Shown here: piece by piece, positions 1 through 7,335 of the stretch
Layout: every line of letters starts with the position of its first letter
Position numbering within the stretch: the stretch's first letter is position 1
Origin: a virus
Taxonomy: Duplodnaviria; Caudoviricetes
Length of the DNA: 43,245 nt
IMG/VR virus record: IMGVR_UViG_3300043621_000052
Span: 1-43,245 of that record
Strand: one strand, 5' to 3'
Made by a program: the position numbers and the translations under genes
Notes under the pieces: model-generated
What the model was told of the DNA's origin: nothing
Database searches by the model: none
The model's input: the letters and a program-made list of their open reading frames with translations, nothing else

Positions 1-127
1 CAACCTGGGACGTGTGCCCTCGGAGATATTCGCCGAGGCACGCAAGGCCGCGCGCATGGAGGGGCGCACCGTCGACTTCGAACCGACGTTCGACAAAGAC
101 GGCTTTATGAACCCGCTGAAGGCCGGG
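1..127. repeat. Terminal direct repeat, copy 1 (identical to 43119-43245); circular assembly overlap
   Basis: Sequence caacctgggacg...gaaggccggg occurs at both ends. The length of 127 matches a common assembler k-mer, and the repeat lies inside a continuous ORF. Confidence 0.93.
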
Positions 128-1117
128 GAGGTGCCGCCGTCACCGGAGGACTATCACCGGGTCAAGGGCTCGCTCACCGATTTCATCAACGACCACACGC
201 AACCGGACGGCACCATGGACTCCCTGGCGCACCACGCGAAGACCGTCAGAGACGCGATCAAGGCACGCCTCAACGAGATCACCACTGACGAGAACGGCGT
301 CAGCCACTATCAGAAGGCGATGGACGCCTGGAGCGAGCCCAGCGCCGAGATGGCCGCGTCGAAGCTGGGCAAGGGCGCGGCGAATATGAACGGCTCCGAG
401 CTTGAGCATCGGATCTCCACCATGAGCGTCCCCGAGCGGCAGGCGTTCGCCGCCGGCTTCTTTGGCGATTTGCGGGAGCGTCTGTCGAAGGTCGATGTAA
501 CCGGCAACGCCAACCCGGTGCGGGCGGTGTTCCGTGACGAGAAGCAGCGCAACGCGGTCAACACCGCGCTGTCGGCTCTGGGCATCAGCGAGGATGAAGC
601 GAACCGCCGCATGGGCCTCCTGACCCAGTTTTTCGGTGACGAGATGGCCGGCTCCCGAGTCGAGGGACAAATTCAGCGCGGATCACAGACGGCGCAGCGG
701 CAGGCCTGGATGAAGGACCTCGCCACCCCCGCCATCACGGGTGGCGCCCTCGGCGGCCTGTCATTGGCGCGCGGCGACGATCCAACGACGGCGCTCCTCG
801 CCGGCCTCGGCGGCGCGGGCATCGGCGCGCTCTCGCGCACGGCGCGCCAGGGCATAGCCAGCCGGGGCACCGAGCACATGAACAACGCCATGCTCCAGAT
901 GCTGGGCCTGACGGACCCAGGCGCGCAGACGGCCGCCCTGGCGGCTCTGAGGGACCGCGCCATGCAGACACGTATGCCGCCGCCCATGGCCGCGCCCGGC
1001 GGCGTGGCGGGGCAGATAGCCGGCCCGCGCATCGGCTCCGCGACGGGGCTGACCGGCGGCCTCGCCGGGCTGATATCGCCGGCTCCCATCGATGACCCGA
1101 GGTTCCAACCGCAATGA
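1..1117 (+). CDS. 3' part of a ~740-aa internal virion/DNA-ejection protein that starts at 42013 and crosses the junction
   Basis: ORF 14..1117 is in frame with the ATG at 42013 through the 127-bp overlap. It is Gly/Ala-rich and last in the ejection-protein cluster. Confidence 0.8.
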   Translation, partial: NLGRVPSEIFAEARKAARMEGRTVDFEPTFDKDGFMNPLKAGEVPPSPEDYHRVKGSLTDFINDHTQPDGTMDSLAHHAKTVRDAIKARLNEITTDENGVSHYQKAMDAWSEPSAEMAASKLGKGAANMNGSELEHRISTMSVPERQAFAAGFFGDLRERLSKVDVTGNANPVRAVFRDEKQRNAVNTALSALGISEDEANRRMGLLTQFFGDEMAGSRVEGQIQRGSQTAQRQAWMKDLATPAITGGALGGLSLARGDDPTTALLAGLGGAGIGALSRTARQGIASRGTEHMNNAMLQMLGLTDPGAQTAALAALRDRAMQTRMPPPMAAPGGVAGQIAGPRIGSATGLTGGLAGLISPAPIDDPRFQPQ

Positions 1118-1722
1118 CACTCATCCTGATCGTGCTTGTGCTGCTCCTCCTCTTCGGCGGCGGCGGCTATTGGGGCCTCCAACAGGGCTACTACGGCCCC
1201 AACATCTTGGTCCTCGTTATTGTTGTCGTTGTCGTCCTCGTGCTCCTCGGCGGGTGGAGGGGCGGGCTCTACTACTAGCCCCAGCTGCCGGCCGCGCCTC
1301 GCGGCGATCTCTTCCAGGGTCGGTCCCACGGGCGGCGCGGCGCGTTCCTCTTCCAGAGCCTCTTTCTTTAATCTTTCTTTAGCATTTGCCGACTGCTTTT
1401 CGGTCTTAGGGAGCGGCGTAAAGATGCCGAGCCGGTATACGTTTTTCCCTCGGACCCGGCAGCAAAAGGCAGGGACTTCGACGGTCGTCTGACGCCACCA
1501 GAGGAGCCCGAGCCGGCGCATGTCGGCGAGGGCATCCCCCACCGTGCTTTTGGCGCACTGCGCCATCCTGGCGAGCGCGGCGTAGCCGATCTGGAACTCA
1601 TCGAAGGCGGCATCCCGCGCGAGCTTCACCATGGCGAGGGCCACGTTTTTGCCGGCATGGGTCAGATCCCCGGTGCGGCGGACCCGGCGGATCTCTCGGT
1701 AGTAGGTGGCTTCGTCAAACAT
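673..1722 (-). CDS. Winged-helix/HTH protein resembling replication-initiator N-termini; the functional part is probably about the first 150 aa (to ~1275)
   Basis: Motif IGYAALARMAQCAKSTVGDALADMRRLGLLWW...KNVYRL. The distal ~200 codons are antisense to two + strand genes. Confidence 0.65.
   Translation of the reverse strand: MFDEATYYREIRRVRRTGDLTHAGKNVALAMVKLARDAAFDEFQIGYAALARMAQCAKSTVGDALADMRRLGLLWWRQTTVEVPAFCCRVRGKNVYRLGIFTPLPKTEKQSANAKERLKKEALEEERAAPPVGPTLEEIAARRGRQLGLVVEPAPPPAEEHEDDNDNNNEDQDVGAVVALLEAPIAAAAEEEEQHKHDQDECHCGWNLGSSMGAGDISPARPPVSPVAEPMRGPAICPATPPGAAMGGGIRVCMARSLRAARAAVCAPGSVRPSIWSMALFMCSVPRLAMPWRAVRESAPMPAPPRPARSAVVGSSPRANDRPPRAPPVMAGVARSFIQACRCAVCDPR
1114..1278 (+). CDS. 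54-aa two-helix membrane protein (DUF3309-like), absent from the ORF track
   Basis: ATGA overlap with the upstream stop. Translates to MTLILIVLVLLLLFGGGGYWGLQQGYYGPNILVLVIVVVVVLVLLGGWRGGLYY, with two hydrophobic segments. Confidence 0.8.
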   Translation: MTLILIVLVLLLLFGGGGYWGLQQGYYGPNILVLVIVVVVVLVLLGGWRGGLYY

Positions 1723-1808
1723 CGGCGGATCTCCGCCGAATAGTCAGGGCTATGGACGCGCTCCACCGACTGCTGCGGAAGGGGCTTGCAGCGGATCGAT
1801 TGCAATGC

Positions 1809-1897
1809 GAAGGTGTCGAACGGTTTGGGTTCGATTACGGCGTTTGCAGCGCCGAACCTTCTGATTGGGGCGGTCCTTTGGGCCGCCCTTTTCTATT
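1809..1897 (+). ncRNA. Candidate structured antisense RNA (three-way junction plus intrinsic terminator)
   Basis: Stems gaaggt/accttc, tcgaac/gttcga and cggcg/cgccg are followed by gggcggtcc-ttt-gggccgccc-TTTTCTATT. G-U pairs favour the + strand. Confidence 0.4.
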
Positions 1898-1924
1898 CGG
1901 ACATCACTCGTTGCTCCAAAACGG

Positions 1925-1937
1925 GGCAACCGTTGCA
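1925..1937. promoter_or_regulatory. Operator-like palindrome copy (GGCAACCGTTGCA)
   Basis: 12/13 match to TGCAACNGTTGCA; intergenic. Confidence 0.55.
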
Positions 1938-1967
1938 TTCCGCGAGCGAGTTGTCCACAGCCCCCCT

Positions 1968-2240
1968 CTACAGCACCCCCATCCGCTCCCGATCGATCAT
2001 ATTTCGCTCGCCGCCACCGGCTTCGATCGCCCAGCGGTCCCCCTGGCGGTCCATCGACTCGGCGGCCTGGGCGCGGGTCATCCGGTAACGCGCGCCGGGG
2101 AGCGCCATTTCAATCGGCGGCCAGCCGGCCTTGGCCTCGGCGCGCATGTCCTCGGCGAGTCGCCGGCAGAGGCGGACCATGCGCACGGGGTCGAGAGCGT
2201 AGCTGCCGCGCATGGCGCCGCGCTCGCGGTTCCTGGGCAT
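1968..2240 (-). CDS. Hypothetical protein (~90 aa)
   Basis: The ATG overlaps the upstream stop (TGATG at 2238-2242); this is the 3' part of ORF 1968..2528. Confidence 0.55.
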   Translation of the reverse strand: MPRNRERGAMRGSYALDPVRMVRLCRRLAEDMRAEAKAGWPPIEMALPGARYRMTRAQAAESMDRQGDRWAIEAGGGERNMIDRERMGVL

Positions 2241-2782
2241 CAGACACGCGGTTGGTATTTCGCGCGGATCGCCGCGAGATCCTCCGCCAGCGTGGGGTCC
2301 GTATTCGGCACCGGGAATAAAGCCCGCAGCGCGAAAGCCGCGAACTCGTTGTAACAGTGCGAGTCGAGGTAGGCGATGATCACTTCGCAATGGCCGGGAT
2401 ACCAGGCCGAGCGCGCCGCCGGCAGTGTCGCCATGCGCACGCCCCAGTGGCGCAGGCAGGCGCCCACGGCGACAGCGGCATCCCTGGCCCGAGCAGGGGT
2501 CAGGTAGGGCTCGACAACGAAGCCCCACGGCTCGCGCGGTGATGCCGAGTGACCGAACGACCAGCCGTGGTCAATAATGTGGCCATCATCAGCGGCGCGC
2601 AGGGCATCGACCACGGGCCACCAGATAGCGTCGCACATCCGGCTGGACCCGTAGCTGTCGAACTCCACCGGCAGGCCGGGCGCGTCGAAGCAGTCCAGCG
2701 GGATCAGATACGGCGATTTGCACAGTTCCTTCCCTATCCACGCGACCAGATCCGCCTGCCGCCCCTCGTATCCCTCATCCAT
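2240..2782 (-). CDS. Hypothetical protein (180 aa)
   Basis: SD gaggagg upstream; protein-like composition; fits the operon. Confidence 0.75.
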   Translation of the reverse strand: MDEGYEGRQADLVAWIGKELCKSPYLIPLDCFDAPGLPVEFDSYGSSRMCDAIWWPVVDALRAADDGHIIDHGWSFGHSASPREPWGFVVEPYLTPARARDAAVAVGACLRHWGVRMATLPAARSAWYPGHCEVIIAYLDSHCYNEFAAFALRALFPVPNTDPTLAEDLAAIRAKYQPRV

Positions 2783-2792
2783 ATCCGCCTCC

Positions 2793-2996
2793 TCAGAACA
2801 GCCAGAACATGAGCTCTTCGGCGCCCATCACGGCCGACTCGCCGCACGACTCGCAAGGGCCGTTCCGCATGTCGGGCTCAACCCCGTCGCTCTCATGACC
2901 GCAGACGATGCAGAAACCAGGGCTGTCCAGGGTCACCATGCCGCGCTTCGCGGCGTCGATGATCGTCTCGCGGGTCAGGTTGGTTGGGAGCTTCAT
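2793..2996 (-). CDS. Small zinc-ribbon protein (67 aa)
   Basis: Two CxxC pairs (CIVC...CESC); ATGA coupling with the upstream gene. Confidence 0.8.
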   Translation of the reverse strand: MKLPTNLTRETIIDAAKRGMVTLDSPGFCIVCGHESDGVEPDMRNGPCESCGESAVMGAEELMFWLF

Positions 2997-3094
2997 CGCG
3001 CGAACGCTTCCAAGAAGGTGACGGTGATCAGCGAGCCGATCCAGACGCAGACAGCGATCGTGACAGCGAGCCGGAGGGCGCGGGACATGCTCAT
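2993..3094 (-). CDS. Small membrane peptide (33 aa)
   Basis: MSMSRALRLAVTIAVCVWIGSLITVTFLEAFAR; start and stop overlap the neighbours on both sides. Confidence 0.55.
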   Translation of the reverse strand: MSMSRALRLAVTIAVCVWIGSLITVTFLEAFAR

Positions 3095-3282
3095 CACCAG
3101 AAGCTCCCCTGGTCCCGCGCCGCGTTCATCGCCTGAACGATCGCCACGGCGTCGGCGTATAGCGCCGATCGCGCGACTATCGTGTCGGCGTAACCCGGCT
3201 CGTGGCGCACGATGTCGTAGAGCCCATGATAGCTGCCGGGCTTGAATACCCGCACGACGCCATAGTGTGTTGCCGGCTCCAT
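3094..3282 (-). CDS. Hypothetical protein (62 aa)
   Basis: ATG at 3282 with SD gagga, just downstream of the polymerase stop. Confidence 0.65.
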   Translation of the reverse strand: MEPATHYGVVRVFKPGSYHGLYDIVRHEPGYADTIVARSALYADAVAIVQAMNAARDQGSFW

Positions 3283-3293
3283 GCAGTCCTCCT

Positions 3294-5387
3294 CTACGTT
3301 TTTTGATAACGCGGCCCGCGCGCTCCCTTCGCCGACAGGGCAAAGCCCTTCGCCCACGCCGGCAACTCCGACATGAGCTCGCACATTTCCTCGATCGACC
3401 CGTGACCGTGTTCCGGCTCCGAGATGATCTCATCGTGAACCAGTGTGATCGGGTTATAGCCTTCGTTCTCAAGGCGCGCCGTGGCGTTTACAAGGAGGTC
3501 ACGGCACAAGCCCTGGACGGCGTTTTCTGTTAATCTTCCACCGTAGGTGTGGGTGCGTTCCCACTTCCTCGTCTTGGCGTTGACGGACATATACGTGATG
3601 GCGTCGTTACCAAACTTACCCTTCTCGACGAGCGGTTTGTTATACCACAGATATCTTCCACTCGGCAGGCGCATCCTCAACCAGTGGCCGTCGCGCCTGA
3701 ACCGGATCTTGCCGCCGGCGGCGAGAGAAACACCCCCCGGCGTCTTCACGGCGTCGATCGCGGCGCGTTGCAGATCGCTCCATAGCCCTGGAATATAAGG
3801 GAACGTTTCGCGATAGGTATTGATGGCGCGCTCCGCCTCTTCGGGTTTGAGGAGCACGCCGGCCTGGATGAGACAGGTTTCCCTGAATTTCCACCAGCCC
3901 ATTTGATATCCCGCGCCGAGCACGAGTGTCTTTCCGACATGGCGATGGACACTGTCGGGCTTAACGTCGGAGGGCCGCATGTTGTAGACGCGGGCGGCCA
4001 TTTCTTCATACATTTTCCGCTTCGCGCGGAACGCCTCCAGCAGATCGTTCTGCCCCGACAACCACGCGACGCCGACAGCCTCGACCGAACTAAAATCCCC
4101 GGTGCAGATGTCATGACCGGGATCTGGTATGATCGCCCCGCGTAACATCTTAGAGATGGTATCGAGGGGCGGGCCGGCGAGCGCATCGACGAGCTCCGCG
4201 CCGCCGTCGAGCAGCTCGCGCGTGCCATCCCAATCTGAAACGACATCGCGCGGAAAGTTCTGAACCTGTAGACCGTGACTGATATATCGCCCGGTCGATG
4301 CGCCATGGTAACCAAGCAAACCGCGCACGCGGCCGTCGGCGCTGGATCGTTCGACGATCGCGTCGAGCTTGCGGGTGCTGATCTTGCCCGCTTCCAATCT
4401 GACGCGGAGGACGCGCCGCTCATGATCCCGCACGCGCGGATCAGCGAGAAGACGCAGAACATCCCTGCGGCGGAGCTCAGGCAGGGCGTCCTCCGCCTCT
4501 TCCTCGTCTTCCGCCTCGACCTCGGCCACGGCGCCGTCGCCGCCTTCAACGATCATGCCAAGCTGCGTCGCGACATTCGCATCCCTGAACCGCACGAGCT
4601 CAGGCGGAGGCGAGAGATCCACGCCTCGGTTGTCGAGCCACCGTTTTAGGTTGCCGACGTTCGATGCTTTGTTGACGAAGCCGCCGGTCAGAGTTGACAT
4701 CTCGGTGTCGAGCAACAGCCGCGTGTCTTCGGCGACGATGCGCGCGGAGCGAACGAACTCGAGGTCGAAACGAACCCCCCTGTCGTTCATGCGCTCCGTC
4801 AGATCCCAGACGGCGGCTTCATCCTCTGGGAGCTTTGCCGTGGTTATATAGAGGGCTCGTTCCACCTTGACATCCATCGAGCAGTAGGTGGACAGGCCAG
4901 ACATGCGTGGCTCGTCCTCCCACCAGATCGGCGTCCCGTCGGCGGCGAACGATCGAGGCCGGCACATGCGCAGCATCAACGCGTAGCCGGTGCCGTCCTT
5001 CTTGACATCCAGGCCCGCCGCGTTGGCGGCGCCGTCCAGAGAGCCCGGCAACGCCTGCGCACGCGCCTGCGCCATGGTGCAGACAAAGCGATCGATCGGC
5101 ACCAACGGCCACCCGTGGCGCGGGTGCAGAACCCCCTCGATCGCGAGCCGTTCGAACGCCGCGTTATGCGCGACGATCGGCACCAGGGGGTCGAGGAACG
5201 CGTCGCGGTATTTATCGAGCAGAGCACGACCCGGCCGCCACTCCCACGGCTGTTCGTTGCCGATCGCCAACCGCGCCACCGTGACCGAGGTGGAAGGGTG
5301 CGCGAAGTAAACATACGCACCCGTCTTCCTCAGATCGACGGTGGAACGAGTCTCGCAGTCCCAGAAGAGCGGCGCGGGTGCTGGCAT
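3294..5387 (-). CDS. polA: Family A DNA polymerase with 3'-5' exonuclease (APSE-like phage type)
   Basis: Exonuclease motifs DCETRS, AHNAAFE and YCSMDV; polymerase motifs GDFSSVEA, RHVGKTLVLGAGY and LVHDE. Confidence 0.96.
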   Translation of the reverse strand: MPAPAPLFWDCETRSTVDLRKTGAYVYFAHPSTSVTVARLAIGNEQPWEWRPGRALLDKYRDAFLDPLVPIVAHNAAFERLAIEGVLHPRHGWPLVPIDRFVCTMAQARAQALPGSLDGAANAAGLDVKKDGTGYALMLRMCRPRSFAADGTPIWWEDEPRMSGLSTYCSMDVKVERALYITTAKLPEDEAAVWDLTERMNDRGVRFDLEFVRSARIVAEDTRLLLDTEMSTLTGGFVNKASNVGNLKRWLDNRGVDLSPPPELVRFRDANVATQLGMIVEGGDGAVAEVEAEDEEEAEDALPELRRRDVLRLLADPRVRDHERRVLRVRLEAGKISTRKLDAIVERSSADGRVRGLLGYHGASTGRYISHGLQVQNFPRDVVSDWDGTRELLDGGAELVDALAGPPLDTISKMLRGAIIPDPGHDICTGDFSSVEAVGVAWLSGQNDLLEAFRAKRKMYEEMAARVYNMRPSDVKPDSVHRHVGKTLVLGAGYQMGWWKFRETCLIQAGVLLKPEEAERAINTYRETFPYIPGLWSDLQRAAIDAVKTPGGVSLAAGGKIRFRRDGHWLRMRLPSGRYLWYNKPLVEKGKFGNDAITYMSVNAKTRKWERTHTYGGRLTENAVQGLCRDLLVNATARLENEGYNPITLVHDEIISEPEHGHGSIEEMCELMSELPAWAKGFALSAKGARGPRYQKT

Positions 5388-5938
5388 CAGAAGCCGTCGG
5401 CCATTTCCTCGACCACGTCATCGAAGTCCTGTTTGGCGGAGGTGCGGCCGAACGCGGTGTCGTGCTTCAACACCTGAACATTATTGAGGCCGAGCGACAC
5501 GCCGACGCCCACATTGTTATAAACGAATGGACGCATGCTGACGTTCGCCCAGCGGCCACCATAAATATCGCTCGCCAACGTCACCGGCTCGCGCATACCA
5601 TTAACGACGGCCGGCTTCTCGTTGCTGGAGCAACTAATAAAATGCCAGCCGGGATCATAGCCGGCGAGGTGCCCTTTCCCCTCACAACTACGCACCACCT
5701 GTTCCGGTTTGCGAGCATTCTCGGGCCATTTCGCGCGCGGCCCCCACGTCGCCACGCACAGATCCTCAAGAGCTTTGAGGATCGGCGCCGTGTTATAATC
5801 CGGCGGCAACAAGATCACTGTTGAGTATTTCTCGACGCCACCCTCGATCGCCGCCTTTTCGAGGAGCGCCGGGAACGCCAACCGGCCGGGGCCGACGCGC
5901 AGCAGGGGGACTTCGGGCTTCGCTTTTCTACCTGACAT
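5387..5938 (-). CDS. Single-stranded DNA-binding protein (DUF2815-like)
   Basis: Motifs GRLAFPAL, KYSTVILLP, DIYGGRWANVS and GVSLGLNNVQ, with an acidic C-tail ending in F. SD aggag precedes the ATG at 5938. Confidence 0.9.
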   Translation of the reverse strand: MSGRKAKPEVPLLRVGPGRLAFPALLEKAAIEGGVEKYSTVILLPPDYNTAPILKALEDLCVATWGPRAKWPENARKPEQVVRSCEGKGHLAGYDPGWHFISCSSNEKPAVVNGMREPVTLASDIYGGRWANVSMRPFVYNNVGVGVSLGLNNVQVLKHDTAFGRTSAKQDFDDVVEEMADGF

Positions 5939-5952
5939 GATGGTTCTCCTGT

Positions 5953-7335
5953 TTAGGTTGTTTCGGTTTCGCAAACCAGATCCGAACACGCTCTCACGAA
6001 CGCGGCGGCCTGCGGGACGCAGAGGGAATTGCCGTAACCCCTTAGCTGGGCTACTCGATTAGACGCGGCATGCGCGTCGAGGGCGGCTTCGCTATACGCC
6101 GCAGCATGCCGTGCCAGAATGAATGACAATTCACGCAAAGCCGTTGAAGGTTCGCTGGACGGTTGTCCATTGGGTCGCCGTTGACGTGGTGTATGCACAA
6201 CTCCACCGTCCCGCCGCAGGCTTCGCACGGCCCTGTCAATAATGGCCTGTTGCGCTTTCTTGCCGCTGCCGCCGTTGGCGGCTCCGTCGCGTGTTGTCTC
6301 AAGACTGAACAGGAAATCGAGCAGAACTTCCGACGCATGAAGTTCGACACGCACTCCAGTTGGTTGTTCTTGCCGATCCTGTGTCTGACGAACGTGGTCC
6401 CGCACCATTCGCAAGATTTTATCGGGGTTTGTTTCGCATATGTCGGCATAAGCAGCTATCTCCGTCCAAGCTCGCTCTTGGATGGAGAACACACTAGCCA
6501 TTGCCGTGGCAATCCCATGAGCCAACGGCTGTGTGCCGGGTTCAACTGCCCTCCACTTTCCATCCCGGCAGAAGATCCAGTCAGCAGCTGCCCAGTGGCC
6601 GTTAACCGGGCCGGGCCGGTGGCCATCCGCGCCATATCGGTCAGGCTGTAGAGGCCTTGCCTCGGCCTGTTGCCGCTGCTCTTCGCGTCCCCGTCGATCG
6701 GCGTCGGCCACCCCGCCAGTGTCGCGACATGGTTCAGGCTCACCGTTGCCTTCGTCCCGTCCTGGCGCCTGCCGGTCGCGGTCGCGTCTTTCGCTATCTG
6801 CGAGCCGTCCGCGTTTCCCTTCGTCGGCGTCGGCCAACCAATAAAGACGTTGTCTGAGGTGCGACGCGCCGAACCCCGCAGCGCAGGTGTCTGTCGCCCC
6901 AACGGCGTAGCCCGCGTTTTCCAAATCAATCGATACAAGGTCGAACCATTCGAGGCCGCCTCGGTTCGCAACCTGTTCGCCAAGGACAGGGACAGTGCGA
7001 TGCTTGCCGTGCGTGAGGAGGTGGAAGAAGACCGGCCAGAGGTGCCGCTCGTCAGCAAACCCAACTCGCGCGCCCGCCGCGCTGAAAGGTTGGCAGGGGA
7101 GGCTGGCAGTCCAGACGGCTCTGCCGTCAGGCCAACCTCCCATTCGTAGAGCACACGACCAGCCACCAATGCCGGCGAAGAAGTGGCACTGGGTGTATCC
7201 GTCGAGATCGGCGGGGCTGACATCCTCGATGCTCCGTTCGTCAACCATGCCGGGGGCGATATGACCGCGCCGGATGAGCTCCCGCAGCCACGCGGCCGCC
7301 TGTCTGTCGTTCTCGTTGTAGTAAGCGACGCTCAC
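5953..7335 (-). CDS. C5-cytosine DNA methyltransferase, alpha subunit
   Basis: Motif I FFAGIGG, IV SLPCQPFS, VI GEQV, VIII RQRLY and X LRGYGNS. Motif IX is absent from this frame. Confidence 0.9.
   Translation of the reverse strand: MSVAYYNENDRQAAAWLRELIRRGHIAPGMVDERSIEDVSPADLDGYTQCHFFAGIGGWSCALRMGGWPDGRAVWTASLPCQPFSAAGARVGFADERHLWPVFFHLLTHGKHRTVPVLGEQVANRGGLEWFDLVSIDLENAGYAVGATDTCAAGFGASHLRQRLYWLADADEGKRGRLADSERRDRDRQAPGRDEGNGEPEPCRDTGGVADADRRGREEQRQQAEARPLQPDRYGADGHRPGPVNGHWAAADWIFCRDGKWRAVEPGTQPLAHGIATAMASVFSIQERAWTEIAAYADICETNPDKILRMVRDHVRQTQDRQEQPTGVRVELHASEVLLDFLFSLETTRDGAANGGSGKKAQQAIIDRAVRSLRRDGGVVHTPRQRRPNGQPSSEPSTALRELSFILARHAAAYSEAALDAHAASNRVAQLRGYGNSLCVPQAAAFVRACSDLVCETETT
6051..6449 (-). 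CDS. HNH endonuclease nested in the methyltransferase gene
   Basis: Motif CEAC...HHVNGDPMDNRPANLQRLCVNCHSFWH, an N-terminal CxxC/FCSISC, and SD ggag upstream. Confidence 0.85.
   Translation of the reverse strand: MPTYAKQTPIKSCEWCGTTFVRHRIGKNNQLECVSNFMRRKFCSISCSVLRQHATEPPTAAAARKRNRPLLTGPCEACGGTVELCIHHVNGDPMDNRPANLQRLCVNCHSFWHGMLRRIAKPPSTRMPRLIE
6456..7244 (-). CDS. Overprinted methyltransferase beta subunit in an alternative frame (start uncertain)
   Basis: Two GWPTP repeats and the motif-IX-like GQLNPAHSRWLMGLPRQW; same arrangement as M.EcoHK31I alpha/beta. Confidence 0.75.
   Translation of the reverse strand: MTNGASRMSAPPISTDTPSATSSPALVAGRVLYEWEVGLTAEPSGLPASPANLSARRARELGLLTSGTSGRSSSTSSRTASIALSLSLANRLRTEAASNGSTLYRLIWKTRATPLGRQTPALRGSARRTSDNVFIGWPTPTKGNADGSQIAKDATATGRRQDGTKATVSLNHVATLAGWPTPIDGDAKSSGNRPRQGLYSLTDMARMATGPARLTATGQLLTGSSAGMESGGQLNPAHSRWLMGLPRQWLVCSPSKSELGRR

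Noticed and set aside
1809-1897. tRNA gene
   Set aside because: Multi-stem fold with a GTTCGA, but arm order and spacing do not fit a cloverleaf and there is no acceptor/CCA end.
6063-6510. Intein in the methyltransferase
   Set aside because: No Cys1 / His-Asn-(Cys/Ser/Thr) splice motifs in the alpha frame, and the nuclease is in a different frame.
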